Both the position numbers and the translations under genes were made by a program. 64,000 nt of DNA from Podospora anserina. Taxonomy: Eukaryota. Of the stretch, positions 26,175-38,545 are shown piece after piece (within the stretch, counting starts at the first letter, position 1; each line of letters opens with the position of its first letter). The stretch covers positions 1,674,001-1,738,000 of the forward strand of contig CM030336.1 of NCBI GenBank assembly GCA_017654855.1, written 5' to 3'. The notes beneath the pieces are model-generated. The model was not told where the DNA came from. It did not search any database and worked only from the letters and a program-made list of their open reading frames with translations.

Positions 26175-28277
26175 TCAACCGAGGACAATATCCCGCACCT
26201 CTGGGTTCTGTCGATCCCAGCCCTCCTTCCAAATGGTACCACATCCCCTTCGATATGCAATTCCCTCCCTCCGCTCAACCCACAAAACATTGTAAAACTG
26301 GAACTCCTCCAGCTCACGAGTTTCCTCGTTCAGTCCCCATTCCGGCAGGTATATCTCCTTGAGCCACTTCGACCTCGTGTAGTATGCCTTCCCTTCCGAT
26401 ATCACGATACACTCACACAGCGCATCCTTTTCCAAAACCGGATCCTCCCTCGTGAAAGGAACCTTCAACCTGCCCACTATTTTCCCAGAACTATCCACAA
26501 AATGGTAGTTCACAAACGGCGCCATCTCTTCTTCCCAGGCAACCCTGACCAGCTTGCTGGTCTCTTCCTTCTCAGGCTGCACCCGAAAAGAAGCCACCGA
26601 CACACTCCCATGAAGAAGCCAACCCAACTTCTCCTTCTCCACCGTAAGCCCGCCTGTATCAATCGTCGGCACATCAAAGAACTTCAAATCCAACCCCCCA
26701 ACACCCCCTTGCTTGAACATCCGAGCGAGATGCGGAGTGAGGTTGACAAAGCTGATCGGCTCATCAGCAGGAGCATGATACCACCTGACCACCGGAGTCA
26801 GCTCGATCGAAGGGTTGTTCCCAAAAGTGTGATCGCTCAAGTTGTTCGCCACACTCCCCTGGAACGAAGCCCACGACCAGCTAGGAAACATCAGCTCCCT
26901 GCTCCCCGGCGCGACAAGCCTCGGTTTTGACCCCGCCTGAGGCTCCCACAACATGGCCACGTCGAAGAACATCTTTGGCATCCCATGCAGAAAACCACCA
27001 TCATAAGTCCGGCTGAGGACATCCAGAATCCCAGAAAAGGCCCGAAGACCGTCTGCTTGGTACGTCATCCTTCTCCGTTGATACTGCCTCACCAACCCCT
27101 CGAAATAGCGAAAGTCGGGCCTCTTGGGGGTCTTGAGCTCAAAGGTGAAGTGCCTATCAAACGCCAGATGCGCCGGCCTTTTCTTCTCCGTCCTCCATGT
27201 CTCATCAACCACCATCCCATCCGGCTCCGCGGCGGCCCCTTCAACCCAGACGGAGCACTTGCACTGCCAGATCACGCTCCCCCTAAAAAAAACGAGCGAC
27301 CTCCTCGACAGCAACCGTTCTTGGAACGTCCAAGCTCTGTTATGCCACGTGGTGAAATACCTCGCCTCCTCTGTCTCCGGCCCCGGACGCATCCGGCACT
27401 CGGGGGAAAACTCCAGGATTGGAAGCTCCGGAAAGGGGCGGGAAGAGCCCACGCCATGGAGACCAGTGTTGGCATCGGCTCCGTCAGCGGCAATGATGGT
27501 GAACTGGGAGTTTGCGTAGATGGAGGCCATGGAGGCGATTTGCTGGGATTTGTTGGCCTCGTCGTCTTGGATGATGCAGAGTCTATCCACCCAGAGGTAG
27601 CGCTCGCCCATGTCGCGCGTGACCTTGATGGCGTCTTGGATTGTCAGTGGGAGCCGGGGGAGGATCTCTGGGGAAGCGAGAGAGCTTGGGAGCTGGAGGG
27701 TTGAAAAGTTGGAGATGCGGGTTTCGAGGATGTCGGGGAGGACGCCCCAGACGTAGCTGAGGGTGGTGTATTTTGGGGGGGTGCCGGGGAACTGGACGAG
27801 GCGGTGCTCGTCGATGTCGATTAGGATCATGTCTGTGACGGGCGGTTGAGTGGGGGTGGGTCGGCAGTCTTCGTGGTGCTGTTCGCAGTATTCCGGCCAT
27901 CGCTTGAGGGAGCTGATGTCGATTGTGTCTGCGTCGATGATCTTGTAGTGGACCGAGGTCGGAGCAAGTTCTGATGAGGGAAGCAGCTCGAGGTGATAGG
28001 CTGAGTGGTCCCAGCAACCACATCCGGTTCGAAAGAAGAATCGCTTTTGGGGAAAGCAATCGAGTCGTATAGGACAGGTCAGTTGGAGGGGCGAGTTTGG
28101 CGCTAGACGAGCGAAGGAGTCGAGGGTGTATTTGCAGGTGGCACATTTTGGATCGAAACTTGCGGCGAGTCTGATGATGTTCTCACCGACTGCTTCTCCT
28201 CGAATGGTCTTGAGAATGGCCTCTGAAAAGAAGGCGCAAGTCTTGCAGCCAACTGCCGGATGCTCGCTTGAGGCCAT
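26175..28277 (-). CDS. HET-domain protein (heterokaryon incompatibility, TOL-like)
   Basis: LIDIDE...YTTLSYVWG, LPLTIQDAI, YLWVDRLCIIQDD, QIASMASIYANS, WHNRAWTFQERLLS, FPSWSW, YNVLWVE..GIAYRRG; intronless. Likely ATG at 28277; the ORF is open to 28418. Confidence 0.92.
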   Translation of the reverse strand: MASSEHPAVGCKTCAFFSEAILKTIRGEAVGENIIRLAASFDPKCATCKYTLDSFARLAPNSPLQLTCPIRLDCFPQKRFFFRTGCGCWDHSAYHLELLPSSELAPTSVHYKIIDADTIDISSLKRWPEYCEQHHEDCRPTPTQPPVTDMILIDIDEHRLVQFPGTPPKYTTLSYVWGVLPDILETRISNFSTLQLPSSLASPEILPRLPLTIQDAIKVTRDMGERYLWVDRLCIIQDDEANKSQQIASMASIYANSQFTIIAADGADANTGLHGVGSSRPFPELPILEFSPECRMRPGPETEEARYFTTWHNRAWTFQERLLSRRSLVFFRGSVIWQCKCSVWVEGAAAEPDGMVVDETWRTEKKRPAHLAFDRHFTFELKTPKRPDFRYFEGLVRQYQRRRMTYQADGLRAFSGILDVLSRTYDGGFLHGMPKMFFDVAMLWEPQAGSKPRLVAPGSRELMFPSWSWASFQGSVANNLSDHTFGNNPSIELTPVVRWYHAPADEPISFVNLTPHLARMFKQGGVGGLDLKFFDVPTIDTGGLTVEKEKLGWLLHGSVSVASFRVQPEKEETSKLVRVAWEEEMAPFVNYHFVDSSGKIVGRLKVPFTREDPVLEKDALCECIVISEGKAYYTRSKWLKEIYLPEWGLNEETRELEEFQFYNVLWVERREGIAYRRGCGTIWKEGWDRQNPEVRDIVLG

Positions 28278-28582
28278 TGTGAACGATGAGCCCAAGGCAT
28301 GTGGCTTGAAGATGAGGACGAGCTTTGAACTTGGCACCAGGCTCTCGGGTCCCGGGGCCTTTTCTGTCAATCCGCAGAAGCCATAGCCATAGCCATCGGG
28401 CAAAGCGGGGCTTTTCACTAGTTTGTGCGGCTGAGCATGGCTTCACTCCAGGGTGGTATTGCCGGCATGAAACGCTCCGAGGGGAAACAGCTGCTTACAT
28501 CCGATGTCGACAAAGACTTCAGGAACCACGTACATGTATGTATATGTCTCTGCCGTTGAAATCTACAACCATGTCCCAGCCA

Positions 28583-30524
28583 TCATACATACAAAAAGTC
28601 CACGTCCCCCCACTGCACAAAGTGATCATACAATACCGATGCTTTGACAGCCAACTGCAGCTCCTCCTTGGCAGCCATCTTCTCCCCTCTCCTCCAGTAA
28701 ATACTCGCCAGCTGATAATGGGAACACCGTGCCAGCACCTTCATCTCAGCGGCCATCTTTGGCGACGGGGAAGAGCCGGTCTTTGCCTGATCAATCAGCG
28801 CCCTAAACTTGACCTCGGCCTTTAAATCATCTCCATAGCCCGCCAGCCAGATCCCATGTTCCAACAACTCAACCCCCGTATCCTCCTTCGTATTCGAAGA
28901 AGGCGGCTCGGGAGAAAGCAAACAGCTCCTCCAAGCACACCCCGCCATCGTGCCCCCCCTCATCCCCCTCGGCTTCCACTCCCCAACCGCATCCCCCACC
29001 CCATGTATATCCCCCATCAAAACCACCCCCAACGGCACCTCCAGCCCAACCTCCCTCACCATCCGCCCCAACACCGCCATCAAAAACCTCCCTGCCATCT
29101 CCCCGACCGACATCCCCTCCTCCATCAGCTCATCCACGGAGTCAACCTCCATCTCATGCCCATCCCCATCCCCCCCACTCAAAACCCGTCTCAGATCCCC
29201 CCCAAACCCCCCCCTATCCCCCTCCCCCCCACGGAAACATTTGACAACAATGTCCTCCATCAACCTCCCCGCCAGCTCTTTCAACGCGCCCCCGTCCGGT
29301 CCAGCGTGAAAGCACCCGAGAAAGTTAACAATATAAAACATCCTACTCCCTATCACGCCTTTACTCCCCGGTTCCAAGACCGCAAACGCGCGGTTGACAG
29401 CTTTGAACTGTTTAATCTCTTCACTACCCTCACTCCCATCCAACCCGTCAACGAGAAAAGATTTATTGATCGCGAGGGCGTACCGGATGGTGGAAAGCCA
29501 TTCCAGTGAGCGCATGTTGCGGAGGAAGAAATCTGTTGTTCCCCAGGCTCGTTCGCCGTCTTGGAACATTGTTGTTTTGTAGAGGCGGGAGAGGAAGAGT
29601 TGGAAGGATTGGGGGGTTGTGAGCTGGGTGCCCGTGGTGTATTGTGTTGGGAGTGGTGGTGGTGGTGGTGGTGGTGGTGGTTGGGGGGGGTATAGAGTTG
29701 GGAGGAGGGGTGGTGGTGGTGGGGGGGTTACGATCGGTAATGGGGGTGGTGCTGGGAAGGGGTAGGAGGGTCGGCGGAGGGGGTTGTTGGTTTGGTCGAG
29801 AGGATGCGGGAGTTGAGGGGATTGGTGGATTGTTGTTGTTGTTGCGGCCGGAGAGATCGGGGGGAAGGTTGTGGGGAAAAGGTTGTTGGTGTTGCTGCTG
29901 TTTGGTGGGGATGGGGAGGGCGAGGAGGAGGAAGGGGAGGATACCCTCAGTAAGTTGACATCCACATCTCTGGTGCCGGTTGGTCTCCCATCTTCTGGGG
30001 GTGGTGTAAAACACGATATTTCCCTCGCGCATGGACTGACAGTGCCGGCGCTGGAGGCGAGAAGCTGGGTGATATTCAGCCCCTTTCTTCTGACATAGTT
30101 TTGCACTCTGTCCCAGTCGACTTCTCGACCTCGGATCATGTACGTTGTTGATCGCTTCCCGACTCTGTCACGCTCGTTTCGGACACGGAATAGCTCTACC
30201 ACTTCGCACTCCTTAAAGTTCTTGTCGAGACCCCAGGATTTTATACGTGTCTTGTACATTCGTTGTCTGTAAGATCAGTGGTTCTGGCTTGTCAGAGTTG
30301 GCGATTCCGAACAGCGAGGATCGAAACGAAAAAGAAAAGGAGGGCTCGTACGTTGCTCGGAAGCCATGCTCCTCCTCCATGACCTTCATGACATCCTTGA
30401 GCGGTAGGTTCTGCGTCTGGTATAGGTCCTGTATCGTCGTCCTCCACGGGTCCCATTCATCCCCTCCAACCCAGCTAACAGACTGGCGTCTTCCTTGATC
30501 CGCAACAGACTTGGACATGGCCAT
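28583..30524 (-). CDS. Clr5-domain protein with Pro-rich linker and C-terminal helical (TPR-like) segment; intron about 30270-30351
   Basis: WDPWRTTIQDLYQTQNLPLKDVMKVMEEEHGFRAT|..MYKTRIKSWGLDKN is the Clr5 motif; C-terminal ARCSHYQLASIYWRRGEKMAAKEELQLAV resembles a TPR helix pair. Confidence 0.8.
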
Positions 30525-33240
30525 ATTGGTATTGTTGTTGATGATGATGATAATATTCTATGTTCCCGCTGAGCTGGAAGTGACATGTTCCTGTGTCCCA
30601 GTCGTCGAACCATTCTCCCTCGAGGAGGTAAAGCCTTATGGGAGGAAGGATGAGGGGTAGGTCCCCAGAGGTAGGGCGTCCACACAAGGCAGCATCCAGT
30701 TTGTCGAGGAATTTCCACAGGTCTGCTGCGCCACAGCCTTGGACTATTGGCTCCAGAAAGAGGTCGACAACAACACGTCTGAAGGCAACTATTTCTCGAT
30801 GAGGGGCTGCTTGCCGCTAAATGTACGTGACGAAATGTTGGTCCCGCTGCCGGGTCACTGATATTGGGGGCCTGGAGCCGGGCGCCAAGTCAGGTTGGTA
30901 ACCTAGATACCTAGGAGGGAAGAGTAAACGACAGTCTGCGATCGGTGATGGCATCTGGAAGAAGCCGATCTCCTTCTTTTGTCACTGTTACTCACAGTGG
31001 CTGATGCAAAAGGGGTGACGAATCTGCTGCAGTCACGAAACACGTAGAGAGACCCGCAGCAACCACTCGAGAAGAAGGCAGGTAGGTACCTTGGTCTCTC
31101 TATTTTAATGATCCTCCAAAAAAAAAAAAACCGTTGTTGAAAAGTAACGGACCGGCACGGACCTTCGGACTTAAAAGTGCGAATCGGAACCTCAGCGGCC
31201 TTGTCCAGAGTTTGGTAGCAGTCCGATCTGCGATGTCAATCTTCTCTTGGGGGGGGGAGGGGGCGGTACAAAGGTTTCTATTCCTTTTTGGCTGCTTTAG
31301 GCAGCTCCCGCTATCAACTTACAAGGGAGATGGGATGACACACATGTACACGACATTCTTCCAACAGCCGTTCGTGCCGTTGTCTTACATGCCTTTGCCA
31401 TCCCTGCTTCCCATGTCTTTGCCGGGGCCCTAACTTTCCAGCTCACCTCTGGGGTAATGTGTCATGGATGGAATCTTCCCATCTTGGGAAATGTCGCCTC
31501 TGTAGGGTCTCGTGTCTGCCATCCAGGGCTCGAAATCCATCAGTGCTAAGGAACTTTCTCACATCTCCAACAGATCCCACCGGCACCTTCTCCGAGAAAT
31601 TCTGACTAGGGTAGCACCCAACACAGCCACAATCAACGATTGGGTAGCAGCAACGTCCGCAAAAGGCCCGCACATCAGCTTACGGCATGAACAAGGGTTG
31701 AGTGTGAGAAAAAGAAAAGAGAGAACAGATTTCCCACGACAGCATCTGTGTTGTCACGTTGCAAAACTCTCCGATGGACAGTTTCCAGAAGGAATCGCTT
31801 CAACCCCCAAATCTATCAAAAGGAGTTACCGCGCGGGCGACAAAAGGACAATGCAGTCAGTGTTCAACAACCCTCATTCAGTATCATTCCTGTTTTTCGA
31901 TTAAATGCGAGATTCCCCCAAACCCAGACATTTTATCCCAGAGCAAAAAGGTACAAAGGACACGGAGCAATATACCCTCCGACACCCCCCCCCCCCTCAG
32001 CTGCACCTACTGGTACTTAGCATGCGGCTCTGCCCTCCCGCTATTTATCCCACTTTTCCCTAACCGGGGTGAGGGGAGAGGGGAAAGGGGAAGGGGGTTT
32101 AACAACACTCCACATCAAACAGGCAGCTAACTAAGGTACATGCTGCACTATTCCTGATATCGACTCGGGCTCGGATTTCAGGCATGCGAGGGCAAAACCT
32201 CGGCTAAGTACGAGCAGGCAGTGTCTTGATGGGGCTACTCCGACACTCTTGGTCAAGGTACATATCTCATGTATTGGCAGCTGGTTTTTGGTGATAGTTG
32301 CTAGGTAGTCGGTCGATATCCCTTGTCATGTCAACGCATTCGAGAAAGGTGTACTGTACCTAATAGATCAAGCCCGTCCATCAAGTGTGTGTGGGGGCCA
32401 GAACACAACAACACGCATTTTACCAATCAACCAACTAACAAGAACAAAATACAACCCAGCACCAACAGCCCGCACGGACAAAGTGGAACATTTGGTTATT
32501 AGTCCCCCCCCCCAAAAAAACTATTAACCTTGAGAAACAAAAAAACTCGGGTGTACAACATTTTCGAAAAGGACCCGGAGAACAAAAAGATCCCGACGGG
32601 GCCACAGCAGCCAGGTACTTATGCATATGTACTCGGCGGCTCAGTTGAGGCAGGGTAGGTTTTGTGGGGCATCACCTCCCCCCTCATCCCGGTTCAGTAT
32701 CAAAAAGAGCAACAAATCAAGATCTGGACATTATATTTCCAACTGCCGCTCCTGCATTTGCATGAGCCACTCAATCGTGATGATGAAGCTTTTCCCAAGA
32801 CGAGTCCTTGTGTTGCCGATGATCAACAACGGTGAGTGGAAAAGGATATGCGGTGAGTTCGGAAGGATCACCGAGATTTTGCCTTTTGACGATTGACAGC
32901 AAAAAGGCAAGGTACTCTGCTAGGTGCTTGGCTAGGGGCTGGCCTGTTCGGACTGTGGTTGCACCCGCTAACGGGGGTGACAGTTGGACGCTTCGAAAGA
33001 CGTGAGTGAGATTTTAGAGACCAATGCAACAATTTAGTATTTCTTGCAGTCACGAGCCTCACACTCTGTTCTCCCTCCTGCTTTTTTCCCTGTGTAGTGG
33101 CAGCTACTGTGTCCTGCAGTATGGCATGTTTGTCAGAGGTTGTGTACTACCATCCACTCAGAATCGTGGTGTACTGGCACGATGATACATACCTACCCCG
33201 GACCGCACACTCAACCCACAGTGATGACCAAGATCGGTTT

Positions 33241-33270
33241 GGTGGTGGTGGTGGTGGTGGTGGTGGTGGT
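33241..33270. repeat. (GGT)10 microsatellite
   Basis: ggt repeated 10 times. Confidence 0.9.
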
Positions 33271-33699
33271 GAAGAAGAGTGGATCGATTGTGATGAATGC
33301 GGATACACAACATAGTCACCCGGGGTGGCGTTTAGATCAAGGTACTGTACATACATACCTCAACCACCCAGCAAACCTATCCCAGACGGCAAGTTCCGGA
33401 CCAATATCTCGGTCCTTTCTCGCTGCCACTGGCCCATTGACCAATCCCCAGACCAAGATCAGATGAGGCCGGCCACGCGTACGTTTGATGCATGAGCGGC
33501 AGCGGGGCCTGGTTGGACGAGAGCATGCGGGATATCATGCCGCGTGCTTCTTGCGATGTCTCCTTGGTCGTAAGTCGGGCGTAGATAGGGTTGCAATCTT
33601 TGGTCAGGTGTGACCTGCTTCACAACACGCCCGTTTGTGCTGAATCGCAAGGGGGCTATGGTTGCTGAAATCAAAATGAGGGCGAAGCTTGATAACGAC

Positions 33700-35330
33700 G
33701 TCATGTCATCTATTCAGAGCGTCGTTTGAACCAAGTTCTCGAGCATGGAACCAAGAATTTGGGCAGGCTGACATGTCATGTCACAGCCATGTACATCGAC
33801 ATCGTCATGTCTTCATACGGCGCGCACCCGGTCTTTCCAACGGCCTGGTGAGAGATTCAGGAACAGGTGCGGGAGGCGGAGATCCTTCCACCTTCCCGCT
33901 CTACACAACGTCATGCCTGCCCGTTGTAGAACCCCATACAGACACACCCCCAGACAAAAAGAGCGGAGTAGCCGGTTGTGGCATCTTTGGTTGAGACGGG
34001 CGTTTGTTCATGACAGCCTCACTTTGGCTTTGCTTTGCCGCTCGAGCCGCTGCCATTACCGCCGATGACCGCTGGGGGCAAGTCTCCAAAAGTGAGACTA
34101 CAAAGAGCGCTCTCCGTCATCTCAAGCGACAGCGAGGAGTAACATCAAGCCTGATGTGACCACGTTGGGAAGCCACAATATCCGTAATGTAGGTCGCAAT
34201 GAAAAGGTAACATCTCTTGATGTACATGGCCGAGATAGGCGAACATTCTTGTGGCTTGCCTTTCACCTTTCACAAACATCGGTTGTTTTGCAGTACGCCA
34301 TTGGCGAAGCCAAGACAGTAGACTCCATCGACGACAAACCATCTGTATACCTCGTGATGAAAACACACGATCAAGTATGTTGCTATGCCTCATGGTCTCA
34401 CTCACTGTATGAGCATCAAGGCACATAGCAGTAGCCTCCATCAAAGGTTTGACGTGCCGCCCTCGCCGGTTCCCTCCCCAACAAAGATGCATAAAGACAT
34501 CCGCGATGTCCGTGTTGAGCTTGGGGGATTCAGACATGAATGATTCTCTCCGCCGCCCTTTCCACCGTCCTGCGTCATCGCGAACTTCTACGAGAATGAA
34601 GCCAAAGTTTGCATTCCAAGATTTGTTGTGTGAGATGTCGGAGACGGACCAAATCGTAGTTGACGAGTGTACAGACAGCACGACTAGTGATGACGCCAGA
34701 CATCCGTGATGTCCGTGTGAATTATCTGACAAAATCAAACAGGTTATACCCGTCTCATCGCCCACTTGATTGCGTCTCCAGAGTCGCAATCATGGTCGAA
34801 TTCACCGCTGTCGCAGACGAAGATAAACTTCATGTTGGAGTGTTGAGGCCGATGGGAGTTGGGGAGGTGAAGTCGGAGACGGAGTGATTTTTCGCTGACT
34901 CCGGGTCCGCCCCTACTATATGTGCGCCATAGCCGCCGCCACAGTTGCACGGCCGTTATGAAGCCGTCGTCGCCGCTCAAATGTCTCATCGAAACAAGTG
35001 AAACAAAGCTGTTCGTGTCGTTGTGCCTCATCTAGCGTCTACTTGCTCTGCTAGTTGGATCTCAGATGTGTTGCCATGCGTACGCGTCCCATTACAACAG
35101 CCAAGCGAATAGTTGATCTCCCTTGACTCATCAGCGAGGAGCTGAACTCGCTTCGATCCTTCTCATGGATTTGATGAAGTGGTGCAGCATGAAAACAGAT
35201 TGCATCCGCAACGTCACTGAGGTCTGGATGTCGTCCAATGCAGCATAACTTGAGAGCCGTTGAGCAGACTGACATGAGCGAAAGAGAACCCTGGGGCAGT
35301 CAGTATATCGCCATGATCATTGCGGGTGAT
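33700..35330 (+). pseudogene. Possible highly decayed ankyrin-repeat gene relic
   Basis: Scattered fragments in different frames resembling the ankyrin consensus: LDVHGRDRRTFLWLAFHLSQTSVV, HIAVASIKG, LSLGDSDMNDSLRRPFHRPA, NQTGYTRL, SSCLHTAR. Confidence 0.3.
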
Positions 35331-35548
35331 GTTCTTACCTGATAGGAGCTACCCTTCCAGATCATGATCTAGCAACAAACGATGCGCCCAACACTTCACG
35401 AAGTAGAAAAAGCAAAAAGGCCAAGCAGTTGTCAAGCCACGCTGCGTTCATCCATAACCGTGGTACACGCCCAACAGTTCAACATGCAATGTGTGAATCC
35501 AATGCTCCCTGGCCTCATTCGTACAGAAGTGCCGCGGCACCATGCTGA

Positions 35549-37555
35549 TCATACATGCTCCGCCAAGAACTCAGGGGGGACCTCATTCTCGCTCAAAGTA
35601 CTCTCTCTGCTGCACGTACGATCCAATTCGTTCCTGGCGCCAGCAGTCGACGAAGACACCAGCAAGTCAGGAGGCACCTCATTGTCACTCTCTTCAGTTC
35701 TGTGCCCATCCTCGACATCGTGCACGCCAACGAGGTTCTTTCCCTCGGCTGATTCAGATGATGATGACGACGACGACTTGAAGCGGATGGCGGAGCGTTG
35801 TAACCCTGAGCTACCAGACATTGACCGCCCAAGATGCGGTGTCGAGCCCCCGTCTCCGTCCACATCCCTCTCGTCGTCCGAACCGTCCTGTACTTCCAAG
35901 CCGCCGGCTCGTAATCCCTTCACCAAGAGTCCTTTTGCGAGCTTGAGTGCCTCCACCTCGGCACCAATGGCACAGATCAAGAGATTCCACCCATTCTCCT
36001 CCACCAACCGGAGCTTCCCCTCCATATCAGCAATGACACCCTTCATGTCACCAAGCACGTCCGACATGGCCTTGACCCACTCCCGATTCGCCTCGTCGTT
36101 ATCGTGTTTGCCTGCCCAGTGTTTCATTACCGCTGCCACGCTCAACTCAAACTTGTCCACCAATTGCAACGTCTCCCTCCACACTTCCACACCCTCTTCC
36201 AAGGCTAACCGTTCCCTATCAACATCAGCTTTCCTCGCCGTGAGCAATGAAACCTCGCCCTCCCACCACTCCTTGGCCATCTCAGGCGTCCTCCTCTCCG
36301 GTCTTAGCCTCAGAAACTCCAATCCTGACAAATGCGATCCCCTATCCACTGGTTGACCAGGCCCAATCACACCCTCCAAGTCCAGTGGTTTGACACTGGG
36401 TCTCGTCAGGATCCCGCCCAGTTTCCCATCCACATCCTTCAGAGCCCCACGATAGCCACTCAGACCTGCGTCCCTCTTGCTCTCCACATCGGCCACCTTG
36501 GCATCCAGGTACCTTTTTCTGTTCCGCAAGCCAACCAGCCTCCCTTCCAACTCTTTTATCTCACTTGCCACATTACTCCGTTCTTCTGTCAGCTCCCTGA
36601 TCTCCTGTGCAAGAGGCTCCTCTTCGTCTTGCTCGATCTTCTCCAACTCGCCGGTGATCTCCTCCCGTTGCCGGCATAGCTTCCGCAGCTGGGCAAGAGC
36701 ACGCTTCCTCGTTGACAGAGCGGCAGTCAGATTGGCGTCCTCCTCTGCTTTTAGATCTGCCAGGAGTGTCATGTGCCTAGCAAGTCCTGTACGAGCTTCG
36801 CGTATAGATGGACGCTTCGTCTTGGGTTGTCTCACCGGTATCACGTGTCCCGTGTGTGTTGTTGTAGTCTGAGCAAAGCTTACCCGGCGTGCTGTAGACA
36901 TGGAATTGGTGCTAGCGTGTAATGTGCTTGTAGGGGTGGTGGTGCCTGCATCACTGGCCTGAGGGCTTCCTGTAGACCCTGCTCTCCCAACTTGGGCTGA
37001 TAGGCACGCTGACTGGACATCCAGGATATTCTGGAGCTCCTTCTGAAGCTGGCGTTCCCGGTGGTGAAGGTTGCGCCACACTGCATCCGGCTCATACTCG
37101 TTGTAGTTTACCGCATCACGCCCTCTTGTGTGGGCTGAGGAGCCGTCCTGGCGGTCGAATAGTACGCCGCCAACATTTCGAGCAGTAGATGCCGCTGTGT
37201 CGAACGGGCGGTATGACTGTGGCTCCTCCTCATCCCTATAGAGTATCCGGGACGTGGCGATGGGGGGAGGAGGACCGTGGAAGAGAACCGGGGCGTTGGG
37301 CTTGGATTTGGAAGCCGAACCAACACTACTAGCCCGATCGCTCGTGCTATGGTCGATCGATGGCGAGATTTGTCTGCGATTTCGGGAGCCCTCGGAGGGC
37401 AACAAACTGTCATCGGGTCGTGGTGACAGGTCATCCATATCGTGCTCGCTCGGCTTCTTGCGGATGGTGGGGCTTATTGGGTTGTGGAAAGGGATGCCGG
37501 GGCTTTCGGAACGAGACAATGAGAGACGGGGAAGGAACATAGATCTGGACGTCAT
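35549..37555 (-). CDS. Coiled-coil protein, autophagy-related Atg28-like
   Basis: 668-aa intronless ORF with long heptad region; RERQLQKELQNILDVQS, VIPVRQPK, ESKRDAGLSGYRGAL, GWNLLICAIGAEVEAL resemble filamentous-fungal Atg28-annotated proteins (recalled, not searched). Confidence 0.6.
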   Translation of the reverse strand: MTSRSMFLPRLSLSRSESPGIPFHNPISPTIRKKPSEHDMDDLSPRPDDSLLPSEGSRNRRQISPSIDHSTSDRASSVGSASKSKPNAPVLFHGPPPPIATSRILYRDEEEPQSYRPFDTAASTARNVGGVLFDRQDGSSAHTRGRDAVNYNEYEPDAVWRNLHHRERQLQKELQNILDVQSACLSAQVGRAGSTGSPQASDAGTTTPTSTLHASTNSMSTARRVSFAQTTTTHTGHVIPVRQPKTKRPSIREARTGLARHMTLLADLKAEEDANLTAALSTRKRALAQLRKLCRQREEITGELEKIEQDEEEPLAQEIRELTEERSNVASEIKELEGRLVGLRNRKRYLDAKVADVESKRDAGLSGYRGALKDVDGKLGGILTRPSVKPLDLEGVIGPGQPVDRGSHLSGLEFLRLRPERRTPEMAKEWWEGEVSLLTARKADVDRERLALEEGVEVWRETLQLVDKFELSVAAVMKHWAGKHDNDEANREWVKAMSDVLGDMKGVIADMEGKLRLVEENGWNLLICAIGAEVEALKLAKGLLVKGLRAGGLEVQDGSDDERDVDGDGGSTPHLGRSMSGSSGLQRSAIRFKSSSSSSSESAEGKNLVGVHDVEDGHRTEESDNEVPPDLLVSSSTAGARNELDRTCSRESTLSENEVPPEFLAEHV

Positions 37556-38545
37556 GTTGGCGCCTTCGTGTTTGCTATCTGTGTTGACATACTAGCGGTT
37601 CAGGAGGTTAGCTTCCACCAAAAGACATCGATGGCGTTGCAGAGGGCGCTCGTGGTGGGGAGGTACCGTACCAGTATGCTTGCCCGACATTGGATGGCGC
37701 GTTGAGGTATTCAGTTGCAGATGTCTATATATATGTCGGTTGATGCTCCAAGAGTACTGAATACGTCGACGGTGTTTCCGAGAGAGCAAGGTGGAGAGTG
37801 TTTGTCTGCCCGTCCCAAGATTGGGATAATAATCGATGCCTGGATGTTTGGAGTGTCAAGTGTTCACAAGAGCTGTGGCATGTGCCTCTGCCCACTGAGA
37901 CCTGCAGCTCCAGCGCGTCTGCTGATTGGCTGTGCTGGCCCAACCTGACATGTCCTTGTGCAACGTCACTGTGGGCCTGACTTCTAGCACGAACAACCCT
38001 AACCCCTCTGGCATTGTTGACCAAAACTCCCAAAACTGACATGCCATGAGCCTGCTTGTCAGGTCAGAATCTTGCTATAGGTAGGCCTCGTCAATTGTTC
38101 TACAGTTCATCTTTCTCTCCGATTGGGTTGTAATGCTTCAACGGCTCTATGTGAGCAACACAGCATGGCCACTACGCAAGGCCTTCACTTGGCGTGGATC
38201 AAGGCGACTCTCGAGGCGACCGCCTCTTCACAACCAGACGCACCATCAAAGAATCCTGATTGACACACCAACCGAAATGAACCATCGACCGCAACATACA
38301 TAGCACCCATAGTGATGGCAACACATTCTCTTCGAAAGCCTTCAATCTGACAATCCGAGAGCACCAAGTAGCCCCTTATTGGCCAGCACGCCGTCTTTGC
38401 CCCACAAACACCGCCCAACAGCTTCGGCGCCTGTTAGTCTTAGTGGGCAGTGCTCGACTACTGTCATTATGGCTGCCTGAAAGCTGCGAGAGACATCTCA
38501 TCGCTCTCGTAGTGAAGAGGATGACAATCGCCGCTCGTTTACACG

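Noticed and set aside
34145-34789. 214-aa minus-strand ORF
   Set aside because: No domain features; probably a chance ORF.
35382-36356. 324-aa Ser-rich plus-strand ORF
   Set aside because: Antisense shadow of the Glu/Arg-rich Atg28-like CDS.
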